From contig JAAYGU010000104.1 in assembly GCA_012727535.1 (NCBI GenBank), positions 5,269 to 69,268 on the forward strand: a stretch of 64,000 bases of DNA, written 5' to 3'. Under the pieces are notes generated by a model. That model saw only the letters and a list, made by a program, of their open reading frames with translations, searched no databases and was not told the DNA's origin. This DNA is from Bacillota bacterium. Its GTDB lineage: Bacteria > Bacillota > UBA4882 > UBA10575. Position numbers and translations under genes: made by a program. This document shows positions 1 to 8,474 of the stretch, in pieces. Position 1 is the stretch's first letter, and every line of letters begins with the position of its first letter.

Positions 1-1
1 A

Positions 2-1159
2 AAGACCTATTCGGTCCAACTGGGTCAGATCTTAGCGATTAAAACACCGGCCCGCTTAGGGGAACCTGGGATTGACATTTTTGGGGAAGTGATTCCGGTC
101 CGGGAACCAGAAACAATTGACTGGAAAATCGGGAACGGGGTTAAAATCATCAACAATAAAGCGGTGGCCACTGTAACGGGACGGCCGGTTGTTGAAAAGG
201 GAAGGTTATCGGTATTCAATATTTATGAGATCGAAAATGATGTTGATATTTCCGTGGGTAGTATTGATTATAACGGAGATGTAGTGATTAGGGGTGATGT
301 GTGTGACAATTACGGCGTAAAGGCAACCGGGAACATCCAAGTGGGAAGAAACGTGTCCAATGCGTATATGGAGGCGGTAGGGGATATCCTGGTTGGGGGC
401 AATATAATTAGCAGTAAAGTAATTGCCGGCGGGGCTTCGGCCCATCAGCAAAATCTGGAAAAGGGACTCCAATACTTATTTAGAGCATTAGTCGAAATTG
501 AGGATTCAGCAAGGTTTTTAAAAAAAGAAGCACTATTCAAGAACTTAAGTGATCGCGAAGTTATCTTTGGGCTGATCGAAACAAAGTATAAAAATGTCAC
601 CAAAACGATTACTGAACTTATTGAGTATCAAAACAAGCTAGTGGCTGATGTACAGGTTGCAGAATTGCTTTCCGTTGTAAATGAGTTAAAAGTGTTTTTA
701 GACCATACCAAGCAGGGGATCAACTTAAGGCAGCTCAACCTTACTACGAAAAAGCTTGGCCGACTCTGCCGGTTTTATAATAAGCTTGATCATCCAGTCG
801 CTTCGATCTCAGCGAACTATATTCAGAATAGTTTTGCCGAAGCAACCGGCGATATAATAATCAAAGGGAAGGGCGCTTACAATTCAATCCTTGAAGCCGG
901 CGGTAAAGTATCGATCACCGGTATCCCCGGGGTTTTTCGCGGCGGGCGGATTAAAGCCGGTAAACGGGTAGAAGTAAGGGAGTTAGGCAGTGTGGGCGGC
1001 AGTCGCGTTGATGTGCAAGTTGATGAGGATGGAATAATCTCTGCAGCAAAAGTTTACGATAATGTCTTTATTAATATCGGCGGCCGCCTACTTAAGTTAA
1101 ACAAGGAGATGCGAAATATTAACGCCCGCCTGGATCAGAACGGACAAATTGTTTTTTAG
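2..1159 (+). CDS. FapA/DUF342-family protein, 5' end cut by window edge
   Basis: The frame is open from base 2, with no stop before the listed Met at 89. It has the GEPGIDIFGEVIP motif and repeated G-D-I-x-I/V-x-G beta-helix-like segments typical of DUF342. Confidence 0.6.
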   Translation, partial: KTYSVQLGQILAIKTPARLGEPGIDIFGEVIPVREPETIDWKIGNGVKIINNKAVATVTGRPVVEKGRLSVFNIYEIENDVDISVGSIDYNGDVVIRGDVCDNYGVKATGNIQVGRNVSNAYMEAVGDILVGGNIISSKVIAGGASAHQQNLEKGLQYLFRALVEIEDSARFLKKEALFKNLSDREVIFGLIETKYKNVTKTITELIEYQNKLVADVQVAELLSVVNELKVFLDHTKQGINLRQLNLTTKKLGRLCRFYNKLDHPVASISANYIQNSFAEATGDIIIKGKGAYNSILEAGGKVSITGIPGVFRGGRIKAGKRVEVRELGSVGGSRVDVQVDEDGIISAAKVYDNVFINIGGRLLKLNKEMRNINARLDQNGQIVF

Positions 1160-1171
1160 AAAATTTACTTG

Positions 1172-1199
1172 AACGGCTCACCAGAGCCGTTTTGTTTTT
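1172..1199 (+). terminator. Rho-independent terminator between convergent genes
   Basis: AACGGCTC (1172-1179) pairs with GAGCCGTT (1184-1191), followed by TTTGTTTTT. Confidence 0.7.
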
Positions 1200-1207
1200 A
1201 ATCCGGC

Positions 1208-1942
1208 TTAGACGACGAACCCACCGTTGACCCCAATGACCTGGCCGGTAATAAAGTCGGCGGCATCGGAAGCGAGGAAGAGAGCGCAAGCGGCTACTTC
1301 CTCCGGAGTCCCAAATCGTTCCAGTGGCGTCTGCTCCTTGAGAACCGCTTTTTCTTCAGCGTTATAGGGGGTGAGCATTGCGGTCTCAATGATCCCCGGA
1401 GCGATACAATTGACTTGAATGTTGGAAGGGCCAACCTCTTTGGCCAGGGCTTTGGTGAGGCCGATGAGCCAGGCTTTGGCGGCGGAGTAGTGGACTTCAC
1501 AAGAGGCACCGACTTGCCCCCAGATCGAGGCGATGTTGATGGTCTTCCCCTTTTTCTGCGGGATCATCCTCCGCAGCACTGCCTGGGTGCAATAAAACAC
1601 TGCGGTCAGATTGGTATTGATCATCGTTTGCCAGTCTTCATCCGTGAGATCGATGAAGAGACGGGACTGGGCGATCCCGGCATTATTGATCAGAAGATCG
1701 ATCTGGCCGAATCTTTGTTGGCAGAAGGCTACCATCGCTTCAACTTCAGGGCGGCGGGTGACATCTGCTTTAAAGAGTTCAACGCTTAAGCCTTGCTCTG
1801 TGAGGGAATGGTAGAGTTGTTGGGCGGCGTCGACCGACCGATGGTAATTGATCAGGACGTTACAATGGTGTGCAGCGAACAGTTCGGCGGTGGCCCGGCC
1901 GATTCCCCGCGCGGCACCAGTGATGATTACGGTTTTCTTCAT
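1208..1942 (-). CDS. Short-chain dehydrogenase/reductase, FabG-like 3-oxoacyl reductase
   Basis: Carries the SDR signatures TGAARGIGRA (TGxxxGxG), NNAG and YSAAK (YxxxK). Confidence 0.85.
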   Translation of the reverse strand: MKKTVIITGAARGIGRATAELFAAHHCNVLINYHRSVDAAQQLYHSLTEQGLSVELFKADVTRRPEVEAMVAFCQQRFGQIDLLINNAGIAQSRLFIDLTDEDWQTMINTNLTAVFYCTQAVLRRMIPQKKGKTINIASIWGQVGASCEVHYSAAKAWLIGLTKALAKEVGPSNIQVNCIAPGIIETAMLTPYNAEEKAVLKEQTPLERFGTPEEVAACALFLASDAADFITGQVIGVNGGFVV

Positions 1943-2307
1943 AATTGAACCCCCATTTCCTTGGGCGTGTTTTGTTCGCCTCCCTAGTTTGTATTCTTTG
2001 TGGTTGGATTGTGATAAAATACAATTTAACCCTATATAAATTAGATTTGCAGCGGTGGATCCCTGCCAGGTTGGGTTTAAACTGGACGGATGATACCCTG
2101 CTGCGCCTGGAAGTGGGTCTGGCGCGGAACCAGATAAAAAGTAAGCCGTTTATAACTTGTAGTTCCAGGTATAGTAGATAAAGGCGGCGGGTAGGGTTTA
2201 AATTACCGGTGATAGAGTGTACTCTGGTTGTTGGAGAAGAATCACCTTAAGCCCGTTCGTTTTTAAGGAGCGAAGAAAGAACAGACGAAGCGAAGGAGGC
2301 GTTAAAG

Positions 2308-3162
2308 ATGTATGACATACTGGTGGTAGGGAGCGGACCGGCCGGATTGTCGGCGGCGGTGAATGCGCGCAGGAGAAATAAACAGGTGTTAGTGGTGGGC
2401 AAAGAAATGCACAGTAATAAGCTGCGTCAGGCCCACCGGGTCGATAACTACCTGGGTATCCCTCAGATCAAAGGCCTAGATTTAGCCGCCAAATACCGGG
2501 AGCATGCTCAGGATGAAGGGGTTGAATTGAAGACTGATGAGCTTTTAAATCTCTGGGTAGAAAAGGATGGTTTCCAGGGTATGGGTAAAAACGTACTCTA
2601 TCAGGCTAAAGCCGTCATCCTGGCGGTGGGGACACCGCAGAAGGCGTCCATTCCCGGGGAGGAAGAACTGGTAGGGAAAGGGGTAAGTTACTGTGCAACC
2701 TGTGACGGGATGTTTTACCGGGGACAACAGGTTCTGGTCTACTCGGAAGTAGTAGAAGGGGAAAAAGAAGCTAATTTTCTGGCCGACTTGTGTGCGAAGG
2801 TTTATTATCTCCCCCGTTATCAAGGGCCCTATACTGATCTTGATTCCCGCGTTGAGCTCCTTTCCGGACGCCTGGTCCGCCTGCACGGTACGGAGCAGTT
2901 AACCGGAGTTACGACCTCGACGGGGGAATACGAAGTGGAAGGCGTCTTTATTGAACGGGCCGGTCTCCCTTTGGACCGACTGTTACCCGGTCTGGAGATG
3001 GAGAACGGGGCGATCAAGGTGGACCGCCGTATGGCGACGAATATCCCCGGGGTGTTTGCCGCCGGTGATTGCACAGGGAAACCTTGGCAGATTGCGAAAG
3101 CGGTGGGTGAAGGGCAGGTGGCGGCCTTAGCAGCCGTTGATTACCTGGCCGATCGGCGCTAG
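2308..3162 (+). CDS. Thioredoxin-reductase-like flavoprotein lacking the canonical NADPH motifs
   Basis: Has the GSGPAG FAD motif, the CATC redox dithiol in SYCATCDGMFY and a C-terminal GD motif (FAAGDC). The GGGxxA and HRRxxxR positions are replaced by YSEVVEGEKEA and LPRYQGPY. Confidence 0.75.
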   Translation: MYDILVVGSGPAGLSAAVNARRRNKQVLVVGKEMHSNKLRQAHRVDNYLGIPQIKGLDLAAKYREHAQDEGVELKTDELLNLWVEKDGFQGMGKNVLYQAKAVILAVGTPQKASIPGEEELVGKGVSYCATCDGMFYRGQQVLVYSEVVEGEKEANFLADLCAKVYYLPRYQGPYTDLDSRVELLSGRLVRLHGTEQLTGVTTSTGEYEVEGVFIERAGLPLDRLLPGLEMENGAIKVDRRMATNIPGVFAAGDCTGKPWQIAKAVGEGQVAALAAVDYLADRR

Positions 3163-3200
3163 TTTCTGATAACAAGCCAGCTATATCCCTCTTTACCGAA

Positions 3201-3237
3201 TGTTACCGCTTGTTACATAATGTTATACCTGTTAACA
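3201..3237 (+). promoter_or_regulatory. Helically phased direct repeats TGTTAY x3 plus TGTTAAC, candidate operator upstream of the GH13 gene
   Basis: TGTTAC at 3201 and 3211, TGTTAT at 3221 and TGTTAAC at 3230. The first three are spaced at exactly 10 bp. The last unit lies in the palindrome ATGTTAACAT-like sequence. Confidence 0.4.
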
Positions 3238-3433
3238 TAGAGTTAGATTACGAATGATCTAAGTTGCCGAGCAGCGTTTTTCTCCTTGAATAGGCGTCAT
3301 TGACGCTGGCTATCTTCAGCCGTGGCGGAGCAATACTGTGATAGGTGTAGCCTTTAGTTGTTCCTGCTGGTGACTTGAGGGATTAACAGACTGACAAGCA
3401 AGTGGTAAAAAGTTATGTGATAGGGGGATACTC

Positions 3434-4867
3434 ATGCAACCAAAGATTTTGCTTCCGGAGGAGACCCTGGCGGAAAAGGGTAATCTTCCCGAACCGGCTT
3501 GGCTTGAGAATACGGTATTTTATCAAATCTTCCCGGAACGGTTTTTTAACGGTGATCCGACCAATGACCCTTCACCGGTAACGTCTTGGGGCGAAAAACC
3601 GGAATTATTTAATTACTTCGGTGGTGATTTGGCCGGGATTCTGCAAAAAATTCCGTACCTTACCGACCTGGGAATTAATGCTTTATATCTCAACCCGATC
3701 TTTGATGCGCCGTCTAATCATAAATATGATACGCGCGATTATCTTCGGATTTCCCCTGACTTCGGTGACTTCCGCACTTACCTGAAGTTATTGAAAACAC
3801 TAAAGCAAAAGGGAATCAGGTTAATCCTGGACGGAGTCTTTAACCATACTGGCGATCAGTTTTGGGCTTTCCGCGACCTAATGCGCCGAGGAACAAACTC
3901 GCCTTATCATCGCTGGTATAACTGTCAGTATCCGATTCAACAATTTCCGCAGCCCAATTATGAATGTTGGTGGGGGATCGAGACGTTGCCTAAACTGAAC
4001 TTTAACGAACCGGAAGTGGTTCGTTATATCCTCAGGGTGGTGGCGTATTGGACCTTAACCGGGATTGACGGGTGGCGGTTGGATGTTCCCAACGAAGTAC
4101 GGGCTGACTTTTGGCCGATCTTCCGTCGTTTAGTGAAAACCCTCAATCCGGAGGCCTATATTGTGGGTGAGATCTGGCATGATGCTGACTTTTGGTTACA
4201 AGGCGACAAATTTGATTCGGTGATGAATTACCCGCTGCGTAACCTTATTCTCTCGTTCTTTGCGAAGAAGGAGATTAACGCCGATCAGTTTGATCAGGGA
4301 TTGGCGGGTTTGCGGGCTCGTTATTCGGAGAAGGTAACCCGGAGTATGTTTAACTTGTTGGGGAGTCATGACACACCGCGCTTCCTAACTAAGTGTCATG
4401 GTGACCGCCGGCGTATGCTACAGGCGATGTTATTCTTACTCACCTACCCGGGAGTTCCGGTGATCTATTATGGCGATGAGATCGGGATGACTGGTGGGAA
4501 AGATCCGGATTGCCGGAAGACAATGATCTGGGATGAAGCGCAGTGGGATCGCGAGATCTACCAGAGTACTAAAGCCCTGATCCGGCTGCGTAAAGAGAAG
4601 AAGGCTCTCCAGCGGGGGTCATTCCGGACGGCGTTCACGAGCCACCATGGGGTTTATGGCTATTGGCGGCTTGATGGGAGGGAATGCTTACTGGTCCTCT
4701 TTAATAACCAGGAGACAATGGAGCCGGTTTCGATTCCGCTGGCGCCGGAGATGCGGGGTACTTGGCGGCAGATCTATCCAGTTAAGGGGGAAGCAATGCA
4801 TTGCCAAGAGCGCTTTGAGCATACTCTTCCTCCCTGGTCGGGAATGATCTGGGAGTATCAGGGGTAG
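3434..4867 (+). CDS. GH13 alpha-amylase family glycosidase (neopullulanase/cyclomaltodextrinase-like)
   Basis: Conserved GH13 regions: DGVFNH, DGWRLDVPNE, GEIWH and LLGSHDTPRF. Confidence 0.85.
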   Translation: MQPKILLPEETLAEKGNLPEPAWLENTVFYQIFPERFFNGDPTNDPSPVTSWGEKPELFNYFGGDLAGILQKIPYLTDLGINALYLNPIFDAPSNHKYDTRDYLRISPDFGDFRTYLKLLKTLKQKGIRLILDGVFNHTGDQFWAFRDLMRRGTNSPYHRWYNCQYPIQQFPQPNYECWWGIETLPKLNFNEPEVVRYILRVVAYWTLTGIDGWRLDVPNEVRADFWPIFRRLVKTLNPEAYIVGEIWHDADFWLQGDKFDSVMNYPLRNLILSFFAKKEINADQFDQGLAGLRARYSEKVTRSMFNLLGSHDTPRFLTKCHGDRRRMLQAMLFLLTYPGVPVIYYGDEIGMTGGKDPDCRKTMIWDEAQWDREIYQSTKALIRLRKEKKALQRGSFRTAFTSHHGVYGYWRLDGRECLLVLFNNQETMEPVSIPLAPEMRGTWRQIYPVKGEAMHCQERFEHTLPPWSGMIWEYQG

Positions 4868-4915
4868 AGAAGGTAAGTTTGAACATCGTGGGGTTAAGAA
4901 TAAAGACTGGGAGAA

Positions 4916-4948
4916 CCCGGGCGCCAGTAGGCCGCCCGGGTTTTGTTT
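4916..4948 (+). terminator. Rho-independent terminator after the GH13 gene
   Basis: CCCGGGCG (4916-4923) pairs with CGCCCGGG (4933-4940), followed by TTTTGTTT. Confidence 0.8.
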
Positions 4949-5106
4949 CTGCGGCGGGTAGGATTCTTTGGTCCGCCCGCAAAGGGAGAACAGTAATAAC
5001 AAACTATCCTCCAGGCGCTGCAATTTTTAGGGTTTGCGCAGTTGCCGGATAAAAAGTAAAATAGGGTAGAGACTGGTGGCCGTAGGGAAAGGAAGGGAAG
5101 ACAAGA

Positions 5107-5919
5107 GTGGAAAGAATCGATGTCTTAATGGTGAAAAGAGGACTGGCGGAAAGCCGGGAGAAGGCGCAGGCTTTGATTATGGCCGGAGAAGTGACGGTGG
5201 AGGATAAGCTGGTCGATAAACCGGGAACGAAAGTGGCAGCCGATGCCCGGGTCGAGGTGAAACAAGGATTGCCTTTTGTCAGCCGGGGTGGAAGGAAGCT
5301 CGCCCGTGCCCTGGAGGTGTTTCCAGTTAGGGTCGAGGGTCGGGTTTGTCTGGATGCCGGGGCTTCCACCGGCGGTTTCACCGATTGTCTACTCCAAAAC
5401 GGCGCCCGACTGGTGATCGCCGTGGATGTGGGTTACGGGCAATTAGCGTGGAAACTCCGGCAGGATCCGCGGGTGGTAGTGATGGAAAAATGTAATGTCC
5501 GCTATTTGACAGCGGAAGAAATACCGGCGGTTCCCAGTTTAATCACGGTTGATCTTTCCTTTATTTCCCTTACGAAAGTGCTCCCGGCCCTAACAGGGTT
5601 TCTGGCAGACGGGGGTGAAATGATCGCTTTAGTGAAGCCCCAGTTTGAGGCGGGTCGTGGGCAGGTCGGAAAAAAAGGGGTCGTCCGCTCCGCCCAGACG
5701 CATCAGGAGGTTTTAGCGAAGGTGATGGCAGCTGGTCGGGAGGCCGGTTTAGCCTGCGCGGGGGTGACTTATTCTCCGGTATTGGGGCCGGAGGGAAACA
5801 TTGAGTTCTTAATGTACTGGCGAAAAGGGGAAGCGCCGAGAGCTGAGATCGATTTAGCGCAGGTGGTGGAGGCGGCCTGGGCGGAACTTAAGCGCGAGAA
5901 GGGTTCTCGCTCTACATAG
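5107..5919 (+). CDS. tlyA: TlyA-family 16S/23S rRNA 2'-O-methyltransferase
   Basis: N-terminal S4-like segment (RIDVLMVKRGLAESREKAQALI) followed by an FtsJ-type SAM fold (CLDAGASTGGFTD). Confidence 0.85.
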   Translation: MERIDVLMVKRGLAESREKAQALIMAGEVTVEDKLVDKPGTKVAADARVEVKQGLPFVSRGGRKLARALEVFPVRVEGRVCLDAGASTGGFTDCLLQNGARLVIAVDVGYGQLAWKLRQDPRVVVMEKCNVRYLTAEEIPAVPSLITVDLSFISLTKVLPALTGFLADGGEMIALVKPQFEAGRGQVGKKGVVRSAQTHQEVLAKVMAAGREAGLACAGVTYSPVLGPEGNIEFLMYWRKGEAPRAEIDLAQVVEAAWAELKREKGSRST

Positions 5920-5954
5920 AAAATAACGTTTCGATATTCGCAAATCTTTCGAAT

Positions 5955-6225
5955 GTTCTCTCTGTAGCTTGCTTCCGCCTGCCTATTATCAAGATCCGGC
6001 GCTTTTACCCTAATGCGCCGGGGAGCATCCTGGCCAGCTTGTTGGCAGTGGAGCTCGCGGTGTCAGCAGTAAGTAGAGCAAGGCCCGAAGGAGGATTAAG
6101 CGCACAATAATACTTGTGTATATCGAGTACCGCCTGGACTGGGCAACGCCGCTATGCGCAGCTGATCACGGCGTCTGGCAACAATCCGGCAAAGATAATT
6201 TGCTGTCTCCAGCTTGCTCGAAGCC
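5955..6225 (-). repeat. Copy A of the recurrent structured intergenic element (minus-strand orientation)
   Basis: The reverse complement aligns block by block with 50527-50795 and 60043-60283. The arms 6175-6192 and 6031-6048 pair at 15/18 positions. The tail hairpin CCGGCGC/GCGCCGG lies at 5996-6021. Confidence 0.75.
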
Positions 6226-6227
6226 AT

Positions 6228-6258
6228 ATAAAAACAGCCCCTGCTAACGCAGGGGCTG
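6228..6258 (-). terminator. Rho-independent terminator of the minus-strand GNAT-like gene
   Basis: Perfect 10 bp stem, CAGCCCCTGC (6235-6244) with GCAGGGGCTG (6249-6258), and a 4-nt loop. On the minus strand it is followed by TTTTTATAT. Confidence 0.85.
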
Positions 6259-6267
6259 AACTTTTGA

Positions 6268-7428
6268 CTAGAAGTCTAAACGGTAAATGCGGTAGATCTT
6301 ATAAAGATCGCCACCGGCCCGCAGGGCGTCGTTCACCATTTTAGTGTTGAATTCGTGGATGGTTGAACCTTCTCCGTACTTATAACCTTTCTTCAGGCCG
6401 GCTTTGAATAATTCTAGATACATCGCGGCCGAGACGCCCTTTTTGTGGTAATCGGGATCGACCATTAAGATCAGAGTGCGGGCGCCAGTAACCTTCTTTT
6501 TATACCATAAAAACTTAATAAAACCGAGAGGAAAGAGCCGCCCGTTCAGGCGTTTTAGGATCTGGTTGTAGTCGGGAAGCGCAACAGCGAGCCCGACAAT
6601 GTGGCCGGCTTCATCAACGGCAACAACTAGAAGGTCTTGATCGGCGATTGGTAGTAACTGATTGACCTCATCTTTAATCTCACTCATCCCAGGAGGAACC
6701 ATATCCGGCCAATCTTCCGGCCAGGACCGGACGAGCAAGCGGTGGATACCGACCAGTTCTTCGTCGAGCTTTTTCAGGTTTAACCGTCGGATGGTAAAGC
6801 GGTAGCGTTGCTTTAAGAGTTCGATGCTTTGTTCAAAACGTTCGGTGACTGGTTTGGATAGATCATAGTAAAAGGCATAGCGGTCAAAATCTTTCGTGAA
6901 GCCGTAACGGTCAAAGAAGTCTTGATAATAGGGAGGATTATAAGAATTTAATAAGACCGGCATCGAATCAAAACCTTTAACCAAAAGGCCTCGGTAATCG
7001 TCACCATTTGACGGGGACTGCGGGCCAGTAATACTGTGGATCCCCCGCTCTTTTTGCCATTCGGTAACCGCATCGAAGAGGCTGGCAGCGACTTGGTAGT
7101 CTTCGATCGACTCAAAAAGCGTGATGTAACCTTCCTTCTTGTTTTTCTCCTGATTTAGCTTCTCATCAATACCAGTTCCGATCCGGCCGACTGGTTTGCC
7201 ATGCGACCAGGCAATAAAGTATTGATAAGGACCCAATTTCATCAGGGGATTCTTTTTGGGGTTAACTGTATTCCACATGTCTGACTTTAAAGGAGGGACC
7301 CAGTTGGGGTCGTTCTTATACAACAGCCAGGGAAGGTTGATAAAGACACGCCAATCGCGTTTCGTTTCAACCTTGGAGACCGTAACATTGGCGACCAGCG
7401 GGAGCTCCTTTGAAGCCGTACTTCCCAA
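6268..7428 (-). CDS. GNAT-fold acyltransferase-like protein, uncharacterised family
   Basis: The C-terminal part resembles an acetyltransferase fold (LILMVDPDYHKKGVSAAMYLELFK). I moved the start to TTG at 7428, 8 nt after AAGGAGG. The ORF-track start at 7623 lies in an AT-rich promoter region. Confidence 0.5.
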   Translation of the reverse strand: MGSTASKELPLVANVTVSKVETKRDWRVFINLPWLLYKNDPNWVPPLKSDMWNTVNPKKNPLMKLGPYQYFIAWSHGKPVGRIGTGIDEKLNQEKNKKEGYITLFESIEDYQVAASLFDAVTEWQKERGIHSITGPQSPSNGDDYRGLLVKGFDSMPVLLNSYNPPYYQDFFDRYGFTKDFDRYAFYYDLSKPVTERFEQSIELLKQRYRFTIRRLNLKKLDEELVGIHRLLVRSWPEDWPDMVPPGMSEIKDEVNQLLPIADQDLLVVAVDEAGHIVGLAVALPDYNQILKRLNGRLFPLGFIKFLWYKKKVTGARTLILMVDPDYHKKGVSAAMYLELFKAGLKKGYKYGEGSTIHEFNTKMVNDALRAGGDLYKIYRIYRLDF

Positions 7429-7655
7429 AATTAACACCTCCTTATTATTTTGGCAAGATCGAATTTCGTGAAAGTTTGTGAAATCCCTGCCAAAGTAAAT
7501 AATAAAAGATGAAAATTTAATTAAAACCAGATTGTAACAGAGAGATCGTTGATTTTTGACTTGCTTTCTAGTATTATTTAGAGCATATGGGGGATTTTGC
7601 GGTAAAAAGCGGATTTCTTCCATATTTTTAAAGAAAAGGAGGTTTGTCTAGAAGC

Positions 7656-8033
7656 ATGAGTGACATAATGGTGGGGATTGAACTTCTCGTCGTTGGCTTG
7701 ATCATGGTCTTTGCGGTATTACTGTTTTTAATGTATCTAATGAAACTACTTAATGTAGTTGTCGGTCCCCAACAGAAAGCAGAAGTTCAAAGACTCACTA
7801 AACCTCCGGTTATTGTCAAAGCGGAACTACAGGAAGATGAGATGATTGCTGTTCTGGCGGCCTTATCCGGTTTATTGCCTAAGGACAAGCAAGCTGTAGT
7901 TAGATTCAAAGCGACGGGTTCAATGGGCTCGCCCGACGATGAACCGGAGATCGCCGCGCTGATTGGTGCGCTAACCTGTGTCGTGAATAACAGTACCAAC
8001 CAAAAGCTGGTTTCAGTAAAACCGCTTGTTTAA
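7656..8033 (+). CDS. oadG: Na+-translocating decarboxylase gamma (OadG-like) membrane anchor
   Basis: One N-terminal TM helix (VGIELLVVGLIMVFAVLLFLMYL), and it is the first gene of the decarboxylase operon. ATG 7656 is preferred over TTG 7644, which sits too close to the SD. Confidence 0.6.
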   Translation: MSDIMVGIELLVVGLIMVFAVLLFLMYLMKLLNVVVGPQQKAEVQRLTKPPVIVKAELQEDEMIAVLAALSGLLPKDKQAVVRFKATGSMGSPDDEPEIAALIGALTCVVNNSTNQKLVSVKPLV

Positions 8034-8059
8034 AAAATATAGGGGAGGATTTGTGAAAG

Positions 8060-8458
8060 ATGCAATATTTTAAAGTGACGGTTAATGGAAAAAGTTACGA
8101 AGTTAGTGTCGAAGAGCTACCGGCGGCTGGAAGTGCTCCAGCGCAACCGGTGACCGCTGTGGAACCGGCGACCGCCGCCCCTGTTGCCACTGCTGCGCCT
8201 GCTCAGGTTCGTCCTGCGGCTCCTGCCGAGGTTGCAGCTGGTGAGGAAATGGTACCGGCACCGCTGGGCGGAACAATTATGGAGATTAAAGTTAAGCCTG
8301 GTGATCAGGTGACCAAGGGACAAGTTCTGCTCACTTTAGAGGCTCTAAAGATGGAGAATGAGATCGTCGCTCCGGCCGATGGAACAGTAGGCCAGATTTT
8401 TGTCCAGGCGAAAGATTCGGTTAATGCCGGTGATGCGCTTTTAACCCTCAGATCTTAG
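8060..8458 (+). CDS. Biotin carboxyl carrier protein (separate biotinyl domain)
   Basis: Ala/Pro-rich linker followed by the biotinyl-lysine motif EALKMENEI. Confidence 0.85.
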   Translation: MQYFKVTVNGKSYEVSVEELPAAGSAPAQPVTAVEPATAAPVATAAPAQVRPAAPAEVAAGEEMVPAPLGGTIMEIKVKPGDQVTKGQVLLTLEALKMENEIVAPADGTVGQIFVQAKDSVNAGDALLTLRS

Positions 8459-8474
8459 GGGGGTTTTAAAGTAA

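Noticed and set aside
2040-2135. ZTP (pfl)-like words (ACTGGACGG, GCGCCTGGAAG) upstream of the TrxR-like gene.
   Set aside because: The match to the pfl consensus is only partial (no GGGTCGTGAC, no CCGCCTGGGCA), and the downstream gene is unrelated to purine or folate metabolism.
1945-2181. A 78-aa ORF in the SDR / TrxR spacer.
   Set aside because: It has no SD and no recognisable domain, and it overlaps predicted promoter and leader structure.
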